Assembly: GCA_951406725.2 (NCBI GenBank)
Contig: OX597815.1
Location: forward strand, 110,484,001 to 110,548,000
Source of the DNA: Octopus vulgaris
Taxonomy: Eukaryota
DNA: 64,000 nucleotides
Direction: 5' to 3'
Part shown: positions 1 through 11,214 of the stretch, piece after piece
Layout of the letters: the number at the start of each line of letters is the position of its first letter
Position numbering within the stretch: the stretch's first letter is position 1
The notes under the pieces: model-generated
Told to the model about the DNA's origin: nothing
The model's input: the letters and a program-made list of their open reading frames with translations, nothing else
Databases searched by the model: none
Made by a program: the position numbers and the translations under genes

Positions 1-242
1 TTCAAAAAATCCCGGACCAACTTCCTACACCTGGATATATCTCCAACAATAATAACTATGGTGCTATTAAGTTAGATATGGCTTGGGCCTATAATGGCCG
101 CAACCTATCAAAGTTATAACATGTATAGTTAAATAAACTGTAAAGACGGAGAAATACTTAGTGATGCATAGGTATACATACACCCATACACAAACACGCA
201 TACATGCACCCACGAACACCCCCTCACACACACACACACATA

Positions 243-770
243 CAGGGTATCCCAAAAGTCAATGATGGTTTCAATTTTCAATAACTTCCTTAACTTTTCA
301 AATAAATGCATAAAATTTTGGTACAATATAAAGGACACAATGGAAATTAATATGCATAAATCAAATTTTGCAACACCACCATATTACATATGAAAAATGA
401 CATCGCTTAAATGGTAACCATTTTCAGCTTCGCACGCCTGTACTCTTTCCAAAACTTGCACTATAATACCCTCAAGAGTTTCAGGACCCACTTTTCTGAT
501 TTCACTGTTGATGTTCTCCTTCAGTTGCACCAGTGTCTCCGGTTTGTTGACGTAAACCTTCCTTTTCAGGTATCCCAATAAGAAAAACTCCGCAAGTCTA
601 GTCTGGGGAATGTGAAGGCCATTCAAAGTAGACCTCACGCATGGTTTCAGCAAGATGGGGCAACAGCTCATACCGCAAGAGAAACAATGCAGATGCTATG
701 GCAGTGCTTTGGATAGAGAATAATCACCTGCTACGGCAATGTCACCTGGCCTTCACATTTCCCAGATTTG
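243..770 (-). mobile_element. Tc1/mariner-superfamily DNA transposon 3' remnant (DD41D/rosa-like), internally inverted
   Basis: TA+CAGGGTATCCC TIR-like end at 241-255. The minus strand (384-621) reads WPSHSPD..FFLLGYLKRKVY..ENGYHLSDVIFHM*. The plus strand (~642-770) reads WFQQDGATAHTARETM..WPSHFPDL. About 41 residues separate the second and third catalytic positions when joined. Confidence 0.8.
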
Positions 771-892
771 TATATACATATACATAAACACATACATATA
801 CATACGTCCATTTGTATCGCGCATGTATACATATATATGCTCATGAGGGAGAATGAGGGTGGGTGTAGTTAGGGTGAATATGATTAGGGTGA

Positions 893-1055
893 TACGACGG
901 GCTTCTTTCACTTTTTGCCTGTTACCACTTACAAGGATTTGGTCGGCCCGACGTTGGAGTAGAAGACTCTTGATCAAGCTGCCACACAATGGAACTGAAC
1001 CCGAAACCATGTGGTTGGGAAGCATACGTCTTACCACACAGCCACGCCTGCGCCT
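893..1055 (-). mobile_element. SINE family S1, 5' part (tRNA-like head + CORE-like segment)
   Basis: Reverse complement reads aggcgcaggcgtggctgtgtggtaag..ggtttcgggttcagttcc..gaaagaagcccgtcg; matches the copies at 2940-3103 and 63420-63829. Confidence 0.8.
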
Positions 1056-1774
1056 AAATATGCACACACACACACACACACACACACACTGACATACATA
1101 CACACACACACACACACATACACACACACACACACACATACACACACGCACTTACACATGCGAATATATATTGAAATGTGAGTGTAGGACAAAAGCTCCT
1201 CGGATAAAAACCCCATAATTAAAGTGTGAAAGAGGACAAAATCCTCTTGGTTATATCTTCCGGTTATATTTTCCTTTTTTTCATTTTTACTTGTTTCAGT
1301 TATTAGACTGTGGCCATGCAGTGGCCCCACCTTGAAGAATTTTTAGTCGAATGTATCGACGCCAGATGTTTTTTTCCATTTTACTCGCTGCAGTTATTAA
1401 ACTGCGACCATGCTGGCGTACCAAATTGAAAAATTTTTAGACGGCTGTATGGAACCAATATTATTATTTTTTTTTTAACCCTGGTTAAAAACACCTCTGT
1501 GATATATTTCGTTTTTCTTTATTTTCCTTTGCACTTCTCAAATCCCTAGACTGCAACCATGCTAGGGGACTAGCTTGAATAAGTCCTGGGGTCGATTTGC
1601 TCGACTAAAGGCGGTGCTCCAGTATGGCCGCAGTCAAATGACTGAAACATCACAAGGCTTTGGTCGGTCCGAGGCTATAGTAGAAGACACTTGCTCAAGG
1701 TGCCACGTAGTGTGTATTATTATTTGATTGAACGCCACGCATCCATTCCCAAGTATATAAATATATCTATCAAT

Positions 1775-1886
<112 letters not shown>

Positions 1887-1964
1887 GGAAATCGATTTCA
1901 CCCTTGTGTACAAGTAAAAACTGAGATTGTGAGTCGTTTTGACAGCTATCTTTAGCATTCTGAT

Positions 1965-2058
1965 GCGTGGCATCTTGGGCAAGTGTCTTCTACTATAGCC
2001 TCGGGCCCACCAAAGCCTTGTGAGTGGATTTGGTAGACTGAAAGAAGTCCGTCCTCTA

Positions 2059-2111
<53 letters not shown>

Positions 2112-2387
2112 ATCAGATGTTGCTACACATCGCTGGTCACAATGCGTTCGCATTGTTTTAGCCTTCGAATGACGCCACCCCGCTGGCTAAGCGAGCAGGC
2201 CAACAGAAGAAAGGGTGAGAGAAAGTGTGGTGAAAGAGTACAGCAGGGATCACCACCCCCTGCCGGAGCCTCGTGGAGCCTTTTGGGTGTTTTCGCTCAA
2301 TAAACACACACAACGCCCGGTCTGGGAATCGAAACCGCGATCCTACGACCGCGAGTCCGCTGCCCTAACCACTGGGCCATTGCGCCT

Positions 2388-2475
<88 letters not shown>

Positions 2476-2647
2476 TTATATATATGTGTGTGTGTGTGTT
2501 TGTGTCTGTGTTTGTCCTCTCACCATAGCTTGACAACCGATGCTGGTGTGTTTACCTTTCCGTAAATTAGCGGTTCGGAAAAAGGGAACGATAGAATAAG
2601 TCAAATGGCCGCGGTCAAATGACTGGAACAAGTAAAAGAATAAAAGA
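1965..2647 (+). mobile_element. SINE family S1 copy, interrupted in its internal microsatellite by another SINE
   Basis: Head part gcatcttgggcaagtgtcttctactatagcc at ~1970-2057; tail tgtttgtcc..gcttgacaaccgatgctgg..aaatgactggaacaagtaaaag at ~2500-2647. Confidence 0.75.
2103..2389 (-). mobile_element. tRNA-Arg-derived SINE (family S3; resembles octopus OR-type SINEs), full length
   Basis: Reverse complement starts ggaggcgcaatggcccagtggttagggcagcggactcgcgg..ggtttcgattccc, with A box, B box and a TCG anticodon-like triplet. Same body as 17598-18085. Confidence 0.8.
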
Positions 2648-2799
2648 CTGGAAAAACTGGATGGTCACAGCTTGAATAACTTCGATAACAAGTTTTTTGA
2701 TCGGCTCTAACCTGGGGTTTAACAACGACAGCAACAAGACCCCCTCCGTTCACAGCAGTCACATCAACTATAACCAATAAAAATTTTATTCCTCATCTC

Positions 2800-2935
2800 C
2801 TTCTGGCCCTGTGCCCGAAACTGTGAGGGGCGGGGTCAGATGATTACATTGACCACAGTCAATGAAATAATGAAAGCGAAGTCGACCTCGGCGGAATTTG
2901 AATTCAGAACGTATAGACTGACGAAATGTCAGCAA
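2800..2935 (-). mobile_element. SINE family S2 fragment (Meta/Sauria-like central domain)
   Basis: aagtcgacctcggcggaatttgaattcagaacgta matches the S2 copies at 25255-25480, 44240-44462 and 48632-48820. Confidence 0.65.
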
Positions 2936-2939
2936 CATT

Positions 2940-3103
2940 AGGCACAGGTGTAGCTGTGTGGTAAGAAGTTTGCTTCTCAACCACATGGTTCCGGGTTCAG
3001 TCCCACTGCGTGTCACCTTGGGCAAAGTCTCTTACGATGGCTTCGGACCGACCAAATCCTTGTGTGTGTATTTGGTAGACGGAAACTGAAAGAAGCTCGT
3101 CGT
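2940..3103 (+). mobile_element. SINE family S1 head
   Basis: aggcacaggtgtagctgtgtggtaagaag..ggttccgggttcagtccc..accttgggcaa..gaaagaagctcgtcg followed by (TA)n. Confidence 0.8.
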
Positions 3104-3307
3104 ATATATATATATAGATATAGTTGTGTTATATTTAGGAACGTGGTAGGGTACACTATATAGCTCATCCACCTTCAGAATTACCCAATAGCATCGGTAG
3201 TATTATTATATACTTCTTAGTTTAAAATTTGGACATTCGTCGTGTGTGAATATAAAATTGAAGATTTTGGAGTCAAGAAGGAGTACTGTTGGACATATGT
3301 TTTTTAT

Positions 3308-3409
3308 TCGCTATAATTGTTTCAACGCAACGTAGTTCTCCAAGAATACAGGTATTTGATTATGCAATTGTTTGTTTGCATAATGAGATCTAGTTGTTTC
3401 CTCAGGCGA
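3308..3409 (-). ncRNA. Type-I hammerhead ribozyme, slightly degenerate, long stem II (probably PLE terminal-repeat remnant ~3130-3660)
   Basis: Minus strand: tcgc-CTGAGGA-aacaactag..(attatgcaa/ttgcataat hairpin)..ctacgttgcgtt-GAAA-caatta-TA-gcga. Stem III is one base from the palindrome ACAATTGT. Confidence 0.65.
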
Positions 3410-4989
3410 TATACGAGTGTTGTCTGCGTTAGTTTAAAATCCTCGACTTCAAGGCCATCTCCTCTGTTGTGGTTTGAATTTAGTAGCGGCTGAAAGACCC
3501 ATCCGTGCGTGCCGTGAGAGCACGTTTGTCGGACTGCTATGAATGGTAGTAGATAGTACAGGTTGGCATTTAGTAGGATTCGTCTTCTATTAGGTTTTAT
3601 TTCAGATTCGTTCTTCATGGTTGGCTGCACATATGAATTTCTTAATCTGACCATTAGTATTAATTGGTCGGACACATACTCACACAGAGGTTCACACATA
3701 CACTCTCACTCACAAACTTATTTATATATGCCCACATATCTGCACTCACATACGCATACATTCCCGTAAGTACGCGTATATACATACCTATATTTAGACA
3801 ACTGTATATACATACATGTATGCAGATATATGCATACATACAAAAGTCGAAGACAGGAAAATCGCCAACGGTCCACGTGTGGTTACATTTCTAGGATTTA
3901 GTCAAACTTATTCGCAAAATATGCATTTTTCAAAAGGAAGTAAAAAAGCTGAAAGTCGGCTATAATGATGTAGTTTTCCAGTTTTATTGCTATGAAGGTA
4001 TGATGTTGAGAGAAAAATATGGAGGAAAATGTTACAGGGGTTTAAAAATCGAAAACACTCATAATTCACCTTGATAATGCCAAGAAACTGTATAAACATC
4101 GAAAACAACTTTTGCTATATATGAAAAATATATAAAATATCATGACAGTCGACGAAAAATATCTATAATAATATTCTACTTGATAAATATAAATATTTAT
4201 TAAAGCAAAGCACGCGGGTGAAGTACATCTTGTGATGTGAAGAATCAACACAACATGCGGGTGAAGTGAAACACAACACAAAGTGCAGTTGTCATGGTAA
4301 GCCTCGCTGTCAGTTGATTGGTTAAAATTACCCAAATTTCCCAACTCTAATTCCGAATAACATAAGATTCTTTAATTTACGAGATAAAGTAATTGGTTGA
4401 TCGTAATCAAAATTCAGAATTGCATCGACACACCAAAATTGAAAGCAATCTGAGCAAAATTAAAGGTGGCTCGTTTTGCGAATGAAATTAACTAGATCCC
4501 ATTTCTGAAGTGACCGGAAGTGGAAGGAGATATAGAAAGTGCATTTGGGGGACAGAAGAATATGTGTGTGTGTGTGTTTTGTGCTTGTGTTTGTGTCTCC
4601 GTAACTGAGCGCTTTGTCAAAAGAAACCGATTGAATCAGTATCAGACTTGAATTCATTTGACAGAAAAAAGAAAAAAATTCAAGGCGGTGCTCCAGCATG
4701 GCCGCATTCAAATGACAAACAAATGAAAGACAAAATATACACACTACCGCTTATTGCTAGCACTACAACTACACCTTTCATCTTCATACTACAGTTTCTA
4801 CTACCAGCGCTACTGCCTAAACAGTTCCTTGTACTACACTCATCATCGCTTCTGCAACGTTACCCTCAAGCTGAGAACTTGACGGTAACCATTACTCACC
4901 ACTACCACCGCAACAACCACCGGATACCATCATCATCTTTACTAATAAAAAATTCCACTATTACCCACCCCACTACGCAATTATAGACG

Positions 4990-5878
4990 CCCCCACCACT
5001 ACCACTTCCTCCAGCATCAACAACAACACTACCCGAGTCACTACCACCACCACCACTACTACCGTCATCACCACTACCATCATCTCCCACACCACCACTA
5101 CCACTACCATCATCACCGACATTACCATCACTATCATCACTACCACCACCGTCACCACCGCTGTCACAACCACTGCTACTACCACCACTACTATCACTAC
5201 CAACAACACCGCCACTACCACCGCCGCCACCACAACTATCACAGCCACTATCATCACCACTACTACCACTACTATCACAACCAACAACACCGCCACTACC
5301 ACCGACGCCACCACAACTATCACAGCCACTATCATCACCACTGCTACCACTACCACTACCAACAACACCGCCACTACCACCGACGCCACCACAACTATCA
5401 CAGCGACTATCATCACCACTACTACCACTACTATCACAACCAACAACACCGCCACTACCACCGACGCCACCACAACTATCACAGCCACTATCATCACCAC
5501 TGCTACCACTACCACTACCAACAACACCGCCACTACCACCGACGCCACCACAACTATCACAGCCACTATCATCACCGCTACTACCACTACCACTACCAAC
5601 AACACCGCCACTACCACCGCCGCCACCACCACCACCACTATCACAACAACTATCATCACCGCTACTACTACCACCGCTATCACTACCAATAACACCGCCA
5701 CCACCACCACCACTATCACAACCACTATCATCACCACTACTACTCCCACCACTACCAACATTACCCCTACAACAACACCGCCACTACCACCACCACCAGT
5801 ACAACTACCACCACTACAAACACCAACGCCACCCCGCTATCACCTCCGTTGAAACTACCACCACCACCACCACCACTT
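4990..5878. repeat. ACC/ACT-derived minisatellite with 78/81-bp higher-order unit
   Basis: ccaacaacaccgccactacc recurs at ~5200, 5281, 5359, 5440, 5518 and 5596. Confidence 0.85.
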
Positions 5879-6254
5879 GTGACAAAAGAATCAGACAAGT
5901 TCAACTCGTTAACGCTCTCCAGTCCTTGTATAGTTTAATTCTTCACTTTATGTTCCCTTCATTCCACTCCATTAGTTAAGAAAATTTGATTGCTTTATTC
6001 CATTCTTTATCATTTTCCTTCTTTTCATTCTTTATTTCCCTCTTCCTCCCTCTTCCTCCTTTCTCCCTCTCTCTGTCCTTGTCTTCCCACTCACATATTC
6101 CTCTCTCTCTCTCTCGCTCTCGCTCTCTTTCCTGCTCTCTTTTAGTCGATGTGTCTTGTGTGTTTCTCTCTCTTCTCTGTTTATTGTATTCGCTTTTTAA
6201 TTGTGTAAAAGCAAAGAATCTGTTTATTCACAGCTGTGTTATATACGAGCGTTA

Positions 6255-6302
<48 letters not shown>

Positions 6303-6438
6303 GCACACACAAACATGCACATATATACGCACACACAAACACACATAAATACGTGTTCGCGCCCATGTGTATGTTCTGTAAATGTGTGCGTGTATACATT
6401 TATGTATGTCTTAATATACATATACATACATGTATCTA

Positions 6439-6474
<36 letters not shown>

Positions 6475-6488
6475 CACACACATATATA

Positions 6489-6537
<49 letters not shown>

Positions 6538-6769
6538 GAAATTAAGTAGAGGTGCACGAAGCAGCGTTGAGTGAAATATATGTCTGTGTGTACAATTATG
6601 TATTACACGTCCGTGTACACTCGGACCTAGAAAGACTTTCTCCACAGAAATTGTTTTGGAAGAAAAACTCTCCTCACGTCATCGGACCGACCGTAGGGCA
6701 CATGCGTTTCTTCATCGTTTTGCTTCACCACCCGTTTACTCTACTGAGTTGATCCATCCTTCGACAGAC

Positions 6770-6900
6770 TTTGACTGTTGCCTTGCAAGTGTCAAATGAA
6801 AACCATTTCCTTACCAAACTGGCTTGGTAGGATAGCAGGTTTACTCGCCGATGGTCTGACTATGGGGCAGGTTGTGTTGCGTTTCATGTTATCAATAACA
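6770..6900 (+). repeat. Dispersed repeat fragment, second copy at ~10625-10750
   Basis: ctttgact..gccttgcaagtgtcaaa.gaaaacca.ttccttaccaa..ggcttgg..atagc.ggtttactcgc is shared by both loci. Confidence 0.7.
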
Positions 6901-6926
6901 GCCGTTCTTATATCTAAACAGAGAAT

Positions 6927-7080
6927 CAGGGCCGGATTAAGACCCATGAGCATCTAAGCACCTGAAGGATTTTGGTGTCCCCATCTATATGTATAATTCA
7001 AACTATAAACCATAAAGTAAATCTTATTTTTGGAAATGAAACAAAACTAACAGTACTATGAAAAATAATATTTATTTTTG
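6927..7080 (+). mobile_element. hAT-like non-autonomous element end
   Basis: Starts CAGGGCCGGATTAAG, a typical hAT TIR start; partner TIR not found. Confidence 0.4.
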
Positions 7081-8936
7081 AATATTTCTACTTTATATTT
7101 TGAAAAGTTCGACTGAAGGCGGTACTCCAGCATGGCCGCAGTCAAATGACTGAAACAAGTAAAAAAAATATTTAGACTACAGGTCTGAAAACGTTAAACA
7201 GCTGTGTTTGTTATTGTCTTTCTACGTAGGAAAACAATAGTAGCTCACGGTTTGTTAATCATTTTTCGGTAGACAAGTAATCCTTTATACCATGTTTACG
7301 AAGCTAACTTAAAGCAAATCGGTATTTAAATCAAAGACAAAGAAGACCTTAGTTGCAATGGTGAAACTTATCTGCATACGACGTGTTCATCAACAACGTA
7401 CTTAAGCAATTAGTGAATATTTGTACGATAATGATTTCGCTTAAAGAATAGCGATACTAATAGCCAGTTGTTAGAATTCAATTTAATTATGCTTTAGAGT
7501 AAAACATCAGGTGAGTACGGAGCGTAATATCAAATAATAAACGACAAAAGAGTAGGAGCTGTGTATTTACTTACATTGTCATATAGCTGTTTCTGCTATA
7601 GATACATCGCACACAAAGTTGAGTGTTCGTCTGACTTCTTGTAACTTTCTTAGTTCCATTAAAGTGATTACATTAGTTTTGGTCTCCCTCCCTCTCTCTC
7701 TTTTTCTCTCTCTCTCTCTCACTCTCTCTCTCTCACACACACACACACACATACATATTATGTAGTCGTTCGTTACGGCCTGTCAGGAAGTTACCATTAC
7801 TCTTAGCAATATAGGTGACTCACCCAACCCGCTGGTCAGAGGCACATAATCTGTTCACTAATGGAGTTAAGTACACAGTATTTGTCAGCATGGTGCTTTT
7901 GAACGGCTCCAGTTGTGTCCACAAAGGGTCAGTTTATGTACGTTTTCCATTCGCTTGCCAGCAAGGGGGGATGCCACGTTTCCAACTCGAAATTTCTATC
8001 ATGAGGGTACCGAGTAAGCATTTCACATTTTGTATTTAAGAAGCCCATCCTCACGCCTTGATCATGCGAATTGTTTTAACATACTTTCCCTTTTGACTTA
8101 GCAAAGTGTACAGCGTCTGTTCCAAGAGCTTCCATTTAATCCAGTATGGCATTTCGAAAACAACTGGAACCGTTGAAAGTGAGATAACTCCGTCTCACTC
8201 TGAAGGGATATTCGCTTCCAAAAATTTTGTTTCGGTGATATTTTTCACCACCATACTGATAATGACTGTATTCTTACCTCCATTAACGTAGAGGTTATGT
8301 GCGATGTATATGGTGATGTATATGTTGCTAAAAACAATAACAGACGTGAAATTCAAGGTAACTTTCTGACAGCCATAATCAACGGCTACATAAGATATTA
8401 ATTCTCAAAGAATTTTCGAAACTTTGAACAACATGCATACATACATACATACACACAAAAATACCCTGTTGTTGATGTTGAAATTCCAATGAAGGAGCCC
8501 TGAATCTAGGTTAGAAACCGGCTAAAAATAACTGACTAACAAAAAAGAAAAACCAACCAAGATTCAAACAAATCAAAAATAAAAACCCAAATGAACCGTC
8601 CCGCTTCCATTGCGCACGCATACACACACACACAAACATACACAAACACATTCGCATACCCACTTTTTACATACACACACATATATTCACACAGAGTTGA
8701 AACGCTGTTTGATTTTTTTTCAGCGTACAGTTACTACCCAGTATGACACCACACTTTCCTTTCCCATTCATAAACATTATTACAGAAGATTATCTCGGTA
8801 ACCATGGGAGCTATGAAAAAATTACAAAGCCCAGCAACACCACCGGATCTTTCCACACATCTGTGTAATTTTTCGAGGAATTCCACCCACCCGTTTGACT
8901 GTGAAGCCCAAGACAAGAAAGAATCATCCATATCAA

Positions 8937-9043
<107 letters not shown>

Positions 9044-9199
9044 CATCACCCGTCCTTGTTTTTCTCCTGTCCTTTTTTGTATCGTCTAACCATCCGGATG
9101 ATTTGTTGTCGCCTGTTGCGTTCTTGTTCAATATTTTGTATTCTTTTTTATATATACATATAGCGGCGTACGTACACTTTTAGTCTCTTATATGTAAAT

Positions 9200-9240
<41 letters not shown>

Positions 9241-9726
9241 TCTTCTGCACCACTCTCTTATTCTGTCTTTCAGCCCCTTCATACTTACTTCCTTCTTTCC
9301 ACTTTTCTTTTTCTCGCTCCCCTCCTCTCACATTTCTTGGCCTTCCCTTCATTCTCACCTTCCCTCCCTATCCCTTTTTTTCTTTCTTTCTCGTCCCTCC
9401 CTAATTCTTCTAGCCCTCTACCCACACCTATCCCCTCTCCTTCCACGTGACCAGTGTTCTGCCAAGCCTGACCTTTCTTTCTTGGCTCGACTACTATCCG
9501 TGCAACATCTATATTCCTTCCTATGACTTTCATCTCACGTCCCTGTTGTAAGGCTCCACTTTCACACACGCCAGCTTAACTTGATTTGTCCTTTGTCGAA
9601 AGACACCTGTTGTTAATGTCTTGTTGTTTGTATTTGTATTTGTGTAACATTTCTCCGTTTATATTTTCGTCCTTGTTTTTTTATACATTAGCTTGCTTTT
9701 TTCCAAGGAGTCTAGTGGTCTTAGGT

Positions 9727-9812
9727 CAGATTTTCTTGAGGCCGGCCAAATTGAAGCAGTCTCGAGTGTAACCGGCCGAAACTGCTGAGAAAATCTGGAA
9801 TTTGACTGAAGA
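9727..9812 (+). ncRNA. Non-circularly permuted hammerhead-like RNA, copy 1 (within a dispersed repeat ~9250-9900)
   Basis: ggccgg(9740)/ccggcc(9772)-GAAA-ctgc; gcag-TC(9756-61)-tcgagt; atttga-CTGAAGA(9800-12); cagattttct/agaaaatctg. Helices covary with copy 2. Confidence 0.55.
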
Positions 9813-9907
9813 TAGTAAACTCCGAATGACCTTCCTTGTTTTATCTTGTCCTTTTTTGTATCGTCTAACTGTCCGGATGTTTTGTTCCATCTTTTGTTTT
9901 CTTTATA

Positions 9908-10016
<109 letters not shown>

Positions 10017-10059
10017 ATATACATGCACATATATGTATTTTCTTTTATTTTTTCTTTTA

Positions 10060-10425
10060 TTTGTCTATTTGTTTCAGTCAGTTGACTGCGGCCATGCTGG
10101 AGCACCGCCTTTAGTCGAACAAGTCCACCCCAGGACATATATTTTAAGCCTAGTATTTATTCTATCGGTCTCTTTTGTCGAAACGCTAGGTTACGTGTAT
10201 GTAAACGCACCACCACCACCACCTGTTGCCAAGCGGTGATGGCAGGGGCACGCACAAAGACATACACTATAGATACATAGATATACGATGGGCTTTTTTC
10301 AGGTTCCATCTACCAAATCCAATCACAAGTATTCTATAGTAGTAGACACTTTTCCACTTAGTGGGACTGAACCCAGAAGAATGTGGTTGGGAAGCAAGTT
10401 TCCTAACACACAGTCACACCTGCAA
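10060..10425 (-). mobile_element. SINE family S1, diverged near-full copy
   Basis: tgtttcagtca..gcggccatgctggagcaccgcc..gggactgaaccc..atgtggttgggaagcaag. Confidence 0.75.
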
Positions 10426-10789
10426 CTAAATATGTGTGTGTGTGTGTGAGAGTGTGTGCGTGCGTGTGTGTGTGTGTATGTATGTATAGATAGATATCAT
10501 TTTATATAATATCATATACATATGTGTGTGTTTGTGTGTTTGCATGTTTGTATCTAAATATATATGTATGCATGTTTGATAGCCGTTTACTCTACAGCGT
10601 TCTGCGTTCATCTGCTCTTTGATAGGCTTTGACTTTTGCCTTGCAAGTGTCAAACGAAAACCACTTTCCTTACCAAGCAGGCTTGGGAAAATAGCCGGTT
10701 TACTCGCAGACAGCACAATTATGGGACAGGTTTTCTATGTTATCAATAACACTAATATCCAACAGCTGGATGTAAGAGAAACTCATTCT

Positions 10790-11150
10790 TCATTTAGACA
10801 TCTTTCTAGGAGAAAGAAAACTTTGATGTATCATGTACGTCTTCCTTTGCATTCAATGCTGCAGAATAATTCTTGTCTCTGGGTAATGGGTTAGTTGTTT
10901 GAAGACTGGAATTAACTCTGTGCAGGGCTTTTCTGCGATCTAAAAAGCTTGAGTCACAGGTATTATGTGTTGCATACTACGGTTGATCGTAGCTGAAAAA
11001 TGCAAAAGATTTTATGAAAAATTCCATGACAGAATGAAGACTTGTGCCAGCATGATTGTCGCAAGTTCTTTGAATACTTACTGCAAGAGGTGTCCATCGT
11101 TACCGCATCTGTGTAAAAGAGTGTTAACCCCAAGCAGGACAGAAAAGCCA
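10790..11150 (+). pseudogene. Possible decayed piggyBac transposase C-terminus (Cys-rich domain)
   Basis: RRKKTLMYH.. followed by KCKRFYEK..NTYCKRCPSLPHLCK resembles the piggyBac/PGBD4 C-terminal CxxC pattern. Recognition is by eye and the sequence is very degenerate. Confidence 0.3.
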
Positions 11151-11159
11151 CATACTTGT

Positions 11160-11214
11160 TGCTCATGTTTAAGAGAACAATCGAGCGATGGCATTGTTCT
11201 CTTAAACATGAGCA
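11160..11214. repeat. Perfect 22-bp inverted repeat with 11-nt loop
   Basis: tgctcatgtttaagagaacaat / attgttctcttaaacatgagca. Confidence 0.9.

Noticed and set aside
2310-2389. tRNA-Arg gene
   Set aside because: It continues into a multi-copy SINE body and lacks a proper acceptor stem and terminator.
4973-5761. 262-aa Val-rich ORF
   Set aside because: It is the antisense reading of an ACN-type minisatellite.
7780-8290. Coding-like sequence, possibly an old LINE remnant
   Set aside because: Multiple stops in the frames I read and no motif I can name with confidence.
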